DNA of 64,000 bases from Raillietiella orientalis (GCA_036172245.1 JAYWIR010000014.1:3906001-3970000); one strand, 5' to 3'. Shown: positions 52,901 to 64,000, counted from the stretch's first letter. Numbers and translations are program-made. Notes: generated by a model from the letters alone, not told the origin.

Positions 52901-53775
52901 AAAAGTCATGCAAGCATATCCAGTTTCCTATTATGAATCAATGAATACTGTGCTTGTTCATGAAGTGATGCATTTCAATGGACTGTGCAGCACAATTCGT
53001 CTTACATTGGATAATCTTGAGAAAGCGATGAATGGATTTACTGTAATGACTGAAGATGCTGAATCCTTAGCTCGTAGTTTAATGAAAGGGAAGATACCTG
53101 AGAAATGGGTCCAGAATTCTTATCCATCATTAAAGCCACTCGGGAGCTATTTTAAAGATCTGTTGCAGCGTTTATCATTTATTCAGGTATGTGATAACGT
53201 TTATGGCAACACTTTTAAGTATGCCTTAGGACTGGATCACTAATGGAAAACCAAATACGTTTTGGATGCCAGGTTTTTTTTTTATTCAAGCCTTTCTTAC
53301 AGGAACCTTGCAGAATTTTGCAAGACGCCATGTTATTGCTATTGACCAATTAGCCTTCGATTTCGAAATTCTTGGTTTCGACAAGCATGTAAATGTTGGT
53401 CCTCCAGAGAGTGGGGTTTATGTATTTGGTTTGTATCTGGATGGAGCTCGATGGAATTGGGATAAGTAATGCTATGTATTGTTCTGTGTACTGTATTTTT
53501 GCATTTTGCATTTTAGAAAATTGCTTGATGAACAGTTTCCAAAAATTCTATGGACTGAAATGCCTCTTATGTGGTTAAAGCCAAGCTTGCATTCCCAAGT
53601 ATCCTACATTGATCGCTATGCTTGTCCATTATACATAACTTCTGATCGTAAAGGGATATTGTCAACTACTGGACATTCCACAAATTTTGTGTTGGCTGTT
53701 TTGCTGCCTACAGCTCAGACATCCCAGCACTGGATCAAAAGGGGGGTGGCATTACTGTGTCAACTAGAAAGTTAA
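34971..53775 (+). CDS. DNAH12: Axonemal inner-arm dynein heavy chain, DNAH12-like (about 60 exons)
   Basis: Tail motifs [11 protein letters not shown] and DSGTTLRK (recalled as DNAH12-type); [37 protein letters not shown]1 GPAGTGKT (about 43264) with CFDEFNR; AAA2 [11 protein letters not shown]3 GPTGTGKS (about 45876); AAA4 GVGGNGRQS; stalk/MTBD ([16 protein letters not shown]); [31 protein letters not shown]-terminus [31 protein letters not shown]. The exon junctions checked were in phase. Start ATG at 34971 is likely, but an upstream exon cannot be excluded. Family is certain; paralog assignment is slightly less so. Confidence 0.92.
36273..36327. repeat. Degenerate (ATCTC)n simple repeat in a dynein intron
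   Basis: aatctcatctctaatcatctctatctcatcaatctcatctcatctctaatctcat. Confidence 0.8.
37380..37460 (-). mobile_element. Possible Tc1/mariner transposase relic in a dynein intron
   Basis: Minus strand reads WSPMDLND, then ENLL after a frameshift, resembling the Tc1 motif SPDLNPIENLW. Single motif; no TIRs found. Confidence 0.3.
41230..41400 (-). mobile_element. Possible MULE-type transposase relic in a dynein intron
   Basis: [33 protein letters not shown] resembles the MULE segment I.TD...A...AI...FP.A...GC.FH...N. The catalytic D is absent. Confidence 0.2.
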
Positions 53776-53913
53776 ATCATGAATGATTCCGTGACAAAAC
53801 AGCGAAAAATCGAAATTAAAAATCATTGGAAATTCTAAGTTAGAAGCATTTTTTTCGTTAATTTTAGGGAAGTTCTCGTTTTTATACCTATATTTTGTAT
53901 ACAAGATTATCCG

Positions 53914-56900
53914 ATGAAAGAATTTTTGATCGGAGATGTACCAGTTAGTTTTCCTTTTGAACCTTATGATGTCCAAAGGGCATACATGATAAAAGTAATG
54001 GAATGTCTCCAAACGGTAACTTAATCTGCTATTCCTACACACTCTAGCAAATCTGTAAACTAGGGACAAAATGGAATTCTGGAAAGCCCCACAGGAACCG
54101 GGAAAACATTGTGTTTATTGTGTTCCACCTTGGCTTGGCTCCAAATGTACAAAGCTCAGATGTCCGCACGTAATATTCTTGATTCGTCAAAAGAAGACTC
54201 GAGACTTGCCGATTCCTTGAAGAGTGTGTTAAACCCAGGAGGCGGAAATTTGTGGGAAACTCGCCATTCAAGTAAGGAAAGAAAGAAAGAAAGAAAAAAA
54301 TTCAGATGTAAGAATTTGGCATTTTTAGTGACAACCCCCAAAATCATATACTCCTCGAGGACACATTCCCAGCTTAGTCAGGCCATTCGAGAATTCCGTA
54401 ATACCATATACAGCAAGTTTCTCCGTATGACAGTACTAGGATCCAGGGATCAACTCTGTATTCACCCCGAAGTGATGCGCGAAACCAATAATTCTATGAA
54501 AATTCATCTTTGTAGAGCGAAAATTCGTTCACGCAGCTGCGGATTTTACAATAACGTAGACAACAGAAAAAATGATATTATTGCTGATCGTATGAAAGTT
54601 TTGGATATCGAAGATCTCGTGCTGGCCGGGCAGCAAAGTAGATTTTGTCCATATTACATGGCACGAGAACTAGGACAAAATGCCGATATCATCTTCATGC
54701 CCTATAACTACGTGCTCGATCCCAAATCAAGAAAAGCATATGGGATAGAATTAGAAGTACGTCGGTTATTGCTGCTGTTTTTTGTGTAGGTCGTTTACTA
54801 ATATTTGTTTCCATAGAACAATATCTTAGTATTTGATGAAGCACACAATATTGAAAAAATCTGTGAGGAATCGGCTTCATATCAATTGAAAAGCTTGGAT
54901 TTAGCCTTGTGTATTGAAGAAGTCACACTAGTTCGTATTGAATAAAATGATAGCTAATGCTTATTTTTCAAAGGTGATGAGGCAACTGGAGAATCCTGAC
55001 CAAGATTTATCTGCTGCTGATTTGTCCTCACCACAACCCATGGATTTTACCCTTGAGGATTTGGCCATACTTAAGGCTATGTTCTTAGCATTGGAGCAAG
55101 CCCTGGACTCTGAGCCTATTTCAAACGGAGAGACCAGCAAAACGTTAGAAGGAGAATACCTCTTTCAGTTCCTGGCCAAGGCTGAAATAAATGCTTCAAA
55201 TAAAACTGCCCTAGTGGAACTCTTGGATAAATTGACCGAATATTTGTCAACGTCATCTGCATCTTTGTGGAATAAACGGGGTGCCGGCCTGCAGAAGTTT
55301 TCCGAACTGATTGCAGTAGCTTTCAATCACCAAGTGCAGGCAGCTGCTTTCAATAGATGTTATAAAGTAAGAGTACAGAACTTCCTATTGCATATATGAT
55401 GTTCAGGTGCATATTCAAGTGGAAGACGCGCGTTCTAAACGAGGGCAGTTTTGGTCCAACGCAGCAAGCAAAGCCAGCACCCGCGTTCTGAATTATTGGT
55501 GCTTTAATCCTGAATTCGGGTAAAGATTCTGGGTACGTAATGATTATTCCAATTCAGCGATGCTGCAGGATGTTGCAAATAATGCAGCACAAGCCTCGTT
55601 GCATAATCCTGACCAGTGGTACACTGGCCCCCTTATCTGCTTTTACCGCCGAACTTAAGATTCCATTTCCCATCCAGCTTGAAAACGATCACGTTATTTC
55701 GAAAAATCAAATTTGGATCGGCGTCATAACTCACGGTCCCGATGGCCAAGAGCTCAATTCGTCCTTCATGTTTCGGTAACTAGTGCAGTGTGCATTTGCT
55801 TTCCGAGCAGAGTATTTCGATTTTTCAGAAACACACACGAATACATGAATTCTTTAGGGCAAACGGTGATCAACTTGTGTAGAATGATTCCTCACGGGCT
55901 GCTTATCTTTTTCCCGTCGTATCCTTTGATGATGTCGTGCCATGTATTCTGGCAGGAGAAAGGCATCCTCACCAAGCTATCTCATCACAAAGTAAGGTTG
56001 CGTTGTCTCTGAGGCGCAGCGTGGATTTTAGCGAGTCTTTGTCGAGACCCAGGGCAAGGACGGCTTTCATTCAGCGATGAGCGACTTTTACAAATCCATT
56101 AAAGATGATGCCAAAGGAGCAATATTCATGGCCGTTTGCAGAGGGAAGGTTTCCGAGGGTCTAGATTTCGCCGACAACAACGGCCGCGCAGTCATTGTGA
56201 CCGGTTTGCCGTTCCCTCCTTTGAAGGATCCCAGAGTCATCTTGAAAAGGCAGTATTTGGATAAGGAAAAGGATTCGCAGGTCGATCGCACGAGCCTTTG
56301 GAAGGATCATCATTCCAAAGTTAAATCTTTAGAGTTTATCCGGGCAGGAGTGGTATCGTTTAGAAGCCTCGAGGGCGGTGAATCAAGCCATTGGAAGAAT
56401 TATACGCCATGCCTCAGACTACGGTGCCATTATCTTATGCGACAAACGATTTGCGGATGCATCCTTCAACTCCCAGTTATCATCTTGGGTTAGGCCTTTC
56501 CTCAAGGTTCATCCTTCTTTCGGTAGAGCGCTGAAAGATCTTATCGGTTTCTTCAAAGTGTCGCAAGAAACTGCACCCAAAGTTATTGGTAAGTACGTTG
56601 ACCTTTCGCTCATTACATTCCTCTCATTAGTTAAGCCAGAGGTTGATCAACGCTCAAGCCAAGAATGTAATTCGGTTCCTTCAAATCGGATTGCATTTAC
56701 TCCGTGTGTGTCCCAAGAGTTTGCTCCTACCGCATCAAATGCAGCCGTCGGTGAGGTTTGCTCCCTGACGGATTATTTGCCCGCGACCGAAATAAAAGAC
56801 GAAACGCAGGGATTTGCCTCCGACGATTTCATGTCGAATTTGGAAACCATCGGCAAAGTACCGATCAATTTCAATGATGCCAAATTAAAGGTCATTTTTC

Positions 56901-57469
56901 ACCTATGGACATGTGCGAGTGTGCATTGCATGCGTGTACACATACACATGTGCTGTCTAACTTTTTAAATCTGAGCGAGACACACACAACTAATGCATGG
57001 TAGCAGGATGCACCGCCTGCATCCGCAGAAACGACTGCAGTCAAACGAAGGCGTTTCCGCGTGGTCCCGAGCGTCGAGAAGCCGTGTCCCATAGAGCCAA
57101 CCGTTCCCGGCTCCCGAGAACAATTCATCAGAAAGTACCAGGCCCAAGTATGTGTATATCTGTACATTCATTTAGATCTCGATGCCTGGACTCTCCCAGG
57201 TGAAGCAGAATCTGAAAGATGCCCCGCCCCTTTACGCACGCTACACGGATGCGGTCAAGCTGTATGCAAGTTCCGGTGATCTGAAAGGACTCATCTCTTC
57301 GCTGGAGTTTGTTTTTTTGAAGTCTTCGAGCAATGCCGAGTTGTTTAGAGGTACTCGCCTTGTTCTTGGGCACGGGTTTCCATTTGTTTCAGCGTTTGGA
57401 GAAATTGTAAGGAAAGAGCACCGCAAGGAGTACGGCGAATTCTGCGAGAACTTGGTCGAGAAGAAGTAA
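53914..57469 (+). CDS. RTEL1: Regulator of telomere elongation helicase 1 (XPD-family Fe-S DEAH helicase), multi-exon
   Basis: [33 protein letters not shown] | [36 protein letters not shown]; Fe-S cysteines (LCIH..C..SC..CPYY); FDEAHN (about 54832-54849); [36 protein letters not shown]-terminal harmonin-N-like domain ([19 protein letters not shown]) ending in TAA. Confidence 0.93.
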
Positions 57470-57705
57470 TCTGAGCGTCCTGGCTGTTTCGTAGCCGCAG
57501 CTGTCTGCGCAGCGGTCACTTGTGCTGACCAAATGTCACACACACCCTCCCGTAACGAAGACGTGACGAGCGTTGGACGCAAGCATATCTGCCGTGGAGC
57601 TAGGCTGATGCTTCTGAAGGAAGTCATCCCGATCAAACATTCAAAGAAATTGTATTTTCATTTTTCTATTCGAGCACTTGATCATTCGGATCATGTGATG
57701 ACCAC

Positions 57706-57711
57706 AATAAA
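57706..57711 (+). promoter_or_regulatory. Probable polyadenylation signal of RTEL1
   Basis: First AATAAA after the stop (about 240 nt downstream). Confidence 0.5.
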
Positions 57712-58762
57712 GTGACCGATCGGCAGTGTTCAGCTTTTTCCGGGCAGGTAAAATCTCCGTCTCGGTTATTAGCTACTCTCCCTTGCGGAGTAGATTCAGC
57801 CGACCCAGTGCCTTCCTTGTTGTAGTTGGCTTTCAGGACTCGTTTTTCATAATTGCGGATTAATTTTCGTGGCCATCCCGCAATCCTGACGCCAAGGTGC
57901 AGCAGAGTTTGCTTTTTGAATCGTCTTTCCAGAAAACTTGTGTTTCAGGCCGCTTTGACATGTGAAAAACAATTTTGAGTCTCCTTTCCTTTTTCGACCA
58001 TACTTTTTCCAGTACCTCATAAGTGTTTCACCCCCCTCCCCCCCCCCCTCTCCTCAAAAAAAAAAAAAAAGAAAAGGAATTCTCTTCACTCATAGTCTTA
58101 GCGGAATTTTCTATCCTGGCTCGCGCTTGCCCCGCGGTCACCTCAGGAGGAGTTGGACACGCGGTTTTCTGACACAGAGAAGATCCCGGTGGGCATTGCA
58201 AAGCGAGTGGCCAGCAAAGGCCGCGCTACTCGACGAACGAACCCAACGGCTGCTGGTGCTGTCTTCTTTCTTCCGCCTGACGTCTCCGATTCTTCATCAC
58301 CGTGCCTTCATCACTGACACAGGAAATGAAGGATATCTTTGCTGCTATTCTTCTAGTTTCGAATTCCCTCACGACTCAAGTGCTTGGAAGTTTGGCAGTG
58401 CGTTTGGGGGAAGTTCACCCCGGAAACGGTTCCATCAAAGTGGGGATGTGCGTTTTTGACAACCCTTGACCGAGCTTCTTGGGGTGAGCTGTTGCGGTCC
58501 GCCGTGGGCTGGACGGCTCACCAGGACCGGTTGGCAAGGAAACGAAAAGGCCAAGTTCGCGTGTTTCTTGCACCACTGTGTGGAAATTTGAACTCGACGT
58601 ATTGAAACATTTAATTTTACACGATGTAAATTAGGGCAAAAGGCAAATGTTTGAGCAAATCCCACTAAAGGCTTGCTCAAGAGGAAGAGCCGTAAACTTC
58701 CGTCTCGAAACTGCCTTTTGTCGTTTGCCTGTTTCGTACATGCTCGACGCACTCGATACGAG

Positions 58763-58800
58763 TTCCTTCCTTCCTTCCTTTCTTCCCCTCCCCTCCCTTC
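58763..58800. repeat. (CTTC)n / CT-rich simple repeat
   Basis: ttccttccttccttcctttcttcccctcccctcccttc. Confidence 0.75.
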
Positions 58801-61399
58801 ACTCCTTCGCCGCTCCCCGTCTGCTGAGCGAGAAAGCCTGCAAACTCGAAAAAAAAAAAAAAAAAAAAAAATCAACCCGATGAGGGATCCTGAAGCTGAG
58901 TGCACCTCTATGCATTCACAGCGTGAACACCCATGTAACGCAAGGATGTTTATGAGACATCGGCGTGGTGCATTTAGTGAGCAAACATCCTTGAAGACCG
59001 AAAATCACAGATTCATCCGACGAGCATCGCACGTCGGGAACGATCTTCAGGAGGATGAAAACTCACCGTTTATCTCTCGCGTTTATCTCGGGGAGGCGGA
59101 TAATAATAAATACATCCGCAAAGTATGCGCGTAGGCGAAAAGTTGCCGAATGAGAAAAGTGGCAGCAGTTTGTAAGAGCGTCGCGACGGAGAAAAAGTTC
59201 CCTTGGAATGTTTTCGTTAAGCGACTTTGCGAGCTGTCCTAACGTTTTTGGCTGAAGCAAAAGCTGCCTTCTGCTAGGGACTACGGATAAGGACAGTCGG
59301 GATGAACTCACATTGAAGAGAAAACGATCCGTGTCGAAGCGTGGATTTCTCAAGCGTGAATTTTCGCAGAGAATTTCAATTTTAGAATTTGTTGCTGCTG
59401 CTGCCGTTGTATCTGAATTTTTACCGCAGATCTGACACGAGTTCCCCTCCCCCCTCCTCCCTTTTAAAATAAACATCTGATCGAAAGCCATAATGATGCA
59501 ATTAACTCGACATGATGAAAATCCTCATCTTTTGCAACACTGCAATGCGCAATGACTCTGGGGAGCACCTGTAAGAAGGACATCGGAGAGTCCGAACAGG
59601 ATTTCACTACTGAAGAGGGAGAAGTGGGACTTGGTGTTTCCATACGGAAACAGCCTGGTTCCTCTTAATGTGTTACTCAAGTCGCCAGGTTGAGCTGCGT
59701 ATCTGGGGTATCTTTGGCTGTCCCATATTGTAGGCGAGTGGCATTGGGCGCGACGCAATAGCCGAGCAAGGCGACTGATAAACACCCCACGGGGATAACC
59801 TCCAGATTTGCAAACGGGCCTTCCAGGGAGTCGCGTGGCGGGTCACCTGCGAGCAAGCGGTGGCGCATGCAACGGAGCACCCCGCATGTGCTCGACCCGA
59901 CGGGAAAGCACTGGGGGCTGCTCTTCACGCTGTCGAGTTCCCAGCACCGCACCTACGTCCACCAGTTCCCGCGCTTGGATTTTCACAGCCATTCGCTCCC
60001 ATCCCACCTGCTCAACCTGGACACGGCAAATTGGTGGGCGATGAGCTTTCCTCGCACGCCACATCTGTTTGCAGGGAACACGAGGAAACGGAGAGAACAC
60101 GCTGCAGTGGGATGCGTGCACGCACGCCGTGCGCAACGCCCCGTGCATCAGGGAGTGCCGACGACTGTTTGTATGCGCACCACTTGCTCGCTCCCGCAGT
60201 CGTGACCACGATGCAGTCTTGGTTCCATCTTCGAGTCACCACGCCATGCTCGACCTTGCCGAAGGCTTTTGACTCGTGCACGTGAATCTGTGTCTCAAAA
60301 AATGCTGTTTTCAAGGAGCACGGCGTGGGCAGCCCGAGAACGGGAACACGCAGCGGAGACCGCTGCAGCAGGGATTTGCGCGCTTGCAGGTTTCCGATCT
60401 GTCGGAGAGTTCGTCCCTCGAAAAAGCGTCCGGTTCGTCACAAGGGAGACTCGTTGAAGTCCCCCCCTCTGTCGCAAACGAGGCGCAGGAACAGCCCAAG
60501 TTCGCAGCTTTCGGCATCCACTCTGACGTTGCTGCTTCGAGGACTGTTGGTTGGGGTCGCACCCACAATCGGCCTTTGGAGACCGCCGATAACGCGCTGC
60601 ATCCATAGTTGGGAAGCAACGCACGGCTCCAGTAGTATCCGGCAGTGATATCTGAGAAATGCCCGAGCTCGAGAGTGCCTCTGCGCACTTCAGGGTGACA
60701 AAATGTCGCCTAGGTGGAGCACGGATCCTGTTTTGCTCACGTGCTCCTGCTTGCACGCCTATTACTGCTGTATTCCGCGCCCCGAGAACGGAGTCAGGGC
60801 AGGATACTCGTGATGGGAATGGGTTGGGAGAACACACACTTTGCTCACGGACAGATCCACCGCTCGCAAACGTGAGACCAGGACGGGTGGATTCAATCCC
60901 CAGCTTTAAGATTTCCAGCTGTCGATTTCTTCCGCGAACACCACTCCTTCTCTCCTTCTCTGCGTGCCAGGGCTGGTTCAAGCCATCTCGCTGCTTATCC
61001 GAGCCTTCCCCAGGCTCTGAGCACTTCTTCCAAGACCGCAGTACCTCAGTGACGACATGCTTCAGGTGTGAGTACAAACGGATCAGGAGCTCATTCCTCC
61101 TGAATCCCGATTCTCGGTTCACTGGCTGAAGAGTCGAGGTTTTTTACTTTGCTACGGGCAGTTCCCACTCCACTTCGACCTATTCCTGTGGGACACGTTC
61201 AGGTTGCCCTCACCTGCAAGGCCACCCCCCCTTGGCGGCGTGAAAGACCACGGGGTGGAGGCACAAACCACACAACTTTCTCCCGCCCTCCAGATGGCTT
61301 CCAAGAGAAAAATGCACTAAGGTCACCTCCCACTGTCGAGAGCTTTCTGTAGCTCAGAAACACCCAGCTGAAGGATGTTCCCACTCTTCCAGCGAAGCC

Positions 61400-63800
61400 A
61401 CTGGGACAGCTGCTGCTTGTGCCTCCACCCTCAAGCGCAGGAGCAGCCAGCAGAAAGGTAAGACGTGCTTTAGAAGACGAGAGGGAGCAGCCCAGTTTGT
61501 GCTGCGTTCCTTATGTGAACTCTGGAGCCTCTGCCTAGAACAAACGCGTGAAGAAGGGAGCTTCCGCTTTCCTTTCCTTGTGCTTTCCGTCCAGGCAGAG
61601 AACCATGTTCGCCGGAGAAAGCAGAGTCTGCCCCAGTGCAGGAAGTCGACCAAGTCAAAACGGATTCCCCAAAGTACCGACCGCGTGAGTCCCTTAAATC
61701 GGGAGCCATCGGAATCCAAAGGTAACAACAAGGATGAGATATTCTAGAAATGGCCGCTGGTCCATGTTTTCCAAGGATCCAGTGCTATCCAGGAGAACGG
61801 GACCGTCGCTGTCTTGCAGGTGCAATCGGAATTCCCAAAGCGCCGGGCAGAACGGAGCTCAACGGGCGTGCGGTGATCTGAATGGAGGACCCACGAGCTG
61901 CGGTTTGGCCGATGCTGACGGAAGATGCAACCACGGAGCGAAGATGCAATGGGTCTCTCCATACTGTCTTCGGCGTGGTCCCGAAAAGGCAAAACTTCTT
62001 TGGAGACGCCTTTCGTGAGCCAAGAGATAGATGGACCCTCCTTGTGCTGCTGCTCTCCCCAGGCGAAGAGCTCCCGCTTGCTTAGCGAGGTTGCCTTTGG
62101 CATTTTCAGGTCAGGAGCTTCCCTTCTGCCCGTGAACGACTCTGTCTTTCCGTATCGGCAACACACGACGCTCCCGGGCTGGCGCGGCTTTCAGGATGCT
62201 GCAGCTGCCCGCCTTGGAGACGGGTGCTGTTTTCCCCAGGTGCAGCGAGGACAACTGCTCACTGCGGGTCCTAATGCCGCCGTTGCTGCAGATCCTCGCA
62301 GCTGGTTATCCGGGATGTGTGCCCGGCACGTGTCGCGGACGCGCCCTCCCTTCGGAGCGCGCCCATCCTGCGTCCGTCTGCTGGGGACACCCAAATTCCC
62401 GCAAGAGTTGCTCCTCCGTCTTCTTGATGGGTTGTTCCTCTGCTCATCCTTTCCTCGAGCTGCCCCTCCAGGAGCTCCTGCTAGGGGCTTCGCTGGTGAC
62501 CATGGAGAAGCAGCGTGGGAGGAACAGTCGAGCGCGTGGACGAGGGAGCCAAATAGCCACGGCAGCGACCAACAAGAGAGGGAGGGAGGAGGGCCGAAAG
62601 AGGAGTAGCTAGGAGAGCGGGCGGCAAAACAAGGGGCCGTGAGTTGCGAGAGGAGGAACAGCCGAAACGTGTCAAGCGGACGACCCGCACCCGCGGCAGC
62701 AGTCAGTCGTGTCGCGCGTCCCACTTCCCAAGCAACCGCCTCCGCGTTCTGCCGGGACTCCTCGGATCCCACAGTGCCGGAGGGCCTACCGCTGGCACTC
62801 GGGCCGATGCCCGAGTCCTTCCGGAGGGGAAAGGGAGGCCCTTAGCATCTCCTCGAAAGCCGCCGCCGCGGGTCTCGAAGGCGCAGCTAAACCTCAACGA
62901 TAACTGACCTGTTCTTCCCCTGAGGAGCTCGGTGTCTGACCGAGGTCTGGAGCCTACTTCCGAGATGGGATGGTTCCAGGTCCCCTCCGCTCCCCGCTGT
63001 TCCCGCGTCTCGTCTTCAGGTTGGTTCACCAGATCGTCGTGCCTGCTGGTGGTGGGACCGGCATGTGGCACGAGCGGTCGAGAATCGGTCTTCCCGCAGC
63101 GTCCTCGACCCGCACCGCGCATCTCCCGCACGAGCGATCCGCATCTTCCCTTGTGGGCGCCGCTCGTACCGCAGCACCGAGTCGAGGCGATCCGCGCTCA
63201 CGAGGAGACGGTTGGGGAGTAGCGCGCATGCGCACTACGAAACCAAGGGATCGGGCGTCGGGCCGCTTCCGGCTGGAAACGGACTGGGGAGCACTGCTGC
63301 CGCCCCACGTGTGGCGTGAACCTTCCCTGGTCAAGAACGAGCAAGATGGTGGTGGTGCCATGCCGAACTGCGCCGGCACGGATACTGGAGAAAACTTCAG
63401 GTCACGCGGTGCGATCGGAGGTGAAACCGGCTCGGGGGCATCGGAGGCTGCAATCCCGGAGAGCAACGCGGTGCAAGGCGGAGAAAAGGAATCTCCCTGG
63501 ACGGATGCGAGCCAGGAATGTGGGCCAAGCTGATCAGAGGAGTGGGGCGCAAGGAAAGGTGGGGACGCAAATCCAAAACGATGCCCAGCGCGCAGGAACC
63601 CATGCGCTGTTCCAGGGAGAGATTCGAGGCATTTCGGGGAACTTTCTCGAATAGGGGGAGCTTCAACAGGCTCCAGGAGTGAGAAAAAGGCGAGAGGGGA
63701 GCCTCAGGATGAGAAGGACGCTGCTGGAAGTCGAGGGCAACGGTCCAAGCCCGTGAGGAGACGGAATCCGGGCGTTCCTGCCGGCCGAAGGAGTCGCAGA
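61400..63800 (-). mobile_element. Possible heavily decayed Ty3/gypsy pol (RT to integrase) in the GC-rich terminal block
   Basis: Minus strand, in gypsy order: TVALDFQQ..PFSHSWSL..FEKVP..N..EQRM (RT-like, 63.75-63.6 kb); about 1.8 kb further on, VPFSWIALD..G..EYLILVVTFGFRWLP (integrase core start) and STNWAAPSRLLKHVL (like NG.AER..R.LK..L). All motifs are very degenerate. Confidence 0.3.
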
Positions 63801-64000
63801 TATCCGAGTCACATGGAGGCTCCAGGGAAGAGGGGAAGGAGAGGTGGCGAGAGATGCCCCCAGAGGGCGCTGGACGGGTGGCTATCACGCCGGATGGAGC
63901 ACATCCGAAGTCCGCAGTCGATCGGTGCGGTGCGCGAACCCGGCTCCGGGCTCAGCAGGTGTGACCTTTCACTGCCGACTCAGCTATAGAGCGAGACCTG

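Noticed and set aside
60090..60215. RTRC..CATPRASGSADD / LARSRSRD resembling a KCNH (ERG) linker
   Set aside because: Low-complexity match split over frames, with no PAS, transmembrane or pore exons in the window.
60950..61122. ELLIRLYSHLKHVVTEVLRSWKKC resembling an integrase zinc domain
   Set aside because: Lies downstream of the putative integrase core (wrong order) and lacks key His/Cys residues; not called separately.
1..64000. CRISPR arrays, tRNA/rRNA/snRNA genes, hammerhead ribozymes, telomeric repeats
   Set aside because: None seen by eye. The CTGANGA hits inspected lack the GAAA core and stems or lie in coding exons. A covariance-model scan would be needed to exclude small RNAs.

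Overview
AT-rich animal genomic DNA; the Patronin sequence looks arthropod-like, but that is inference. Three intact-looking, intron-rich host genes lie on the + strand: Patronin/CAMSAP (about 1.2/4.2-15.0 kb), a DNAH12-like inner-arm axonemal dynein heavy chain (35.0-53.8 kb, about 60 exons) and RTEL1 helicase (53.9-57.5 kb), which starts only 138 bp after the dynein stop. A nest of decayed retroelements occupies about 17.6-28.9 kb. It contains an L1/Tx1-type LINE whose ORF1 is split by an antisense related LINE fragment with a 10-bp target-site duplication, a probable Ty3/gypsy pol remnant interrupted by later insertions, a second LINE RT relic, and an unclassified element with a highly base-paired end. 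The last 5 kb is GC-rich and probably TE-derived. Best leads: (1) very small introns (37-50 nt) with little splice signal beyond GT..AG; (2) a candidate internal Patronin start giving a CH-less isoform beginning MGNHGS, an N-myristoylation consensus; (3) operon-like DNAH12-RTEL1 packing with splice acceptors just before the ATGs; (4) conserved 3'UTR hairpins in two diverged LINE copies; (5) a multibranch fold at 26.34-26.48 kb. Everything was read by eye; no searches or folding programs were run.
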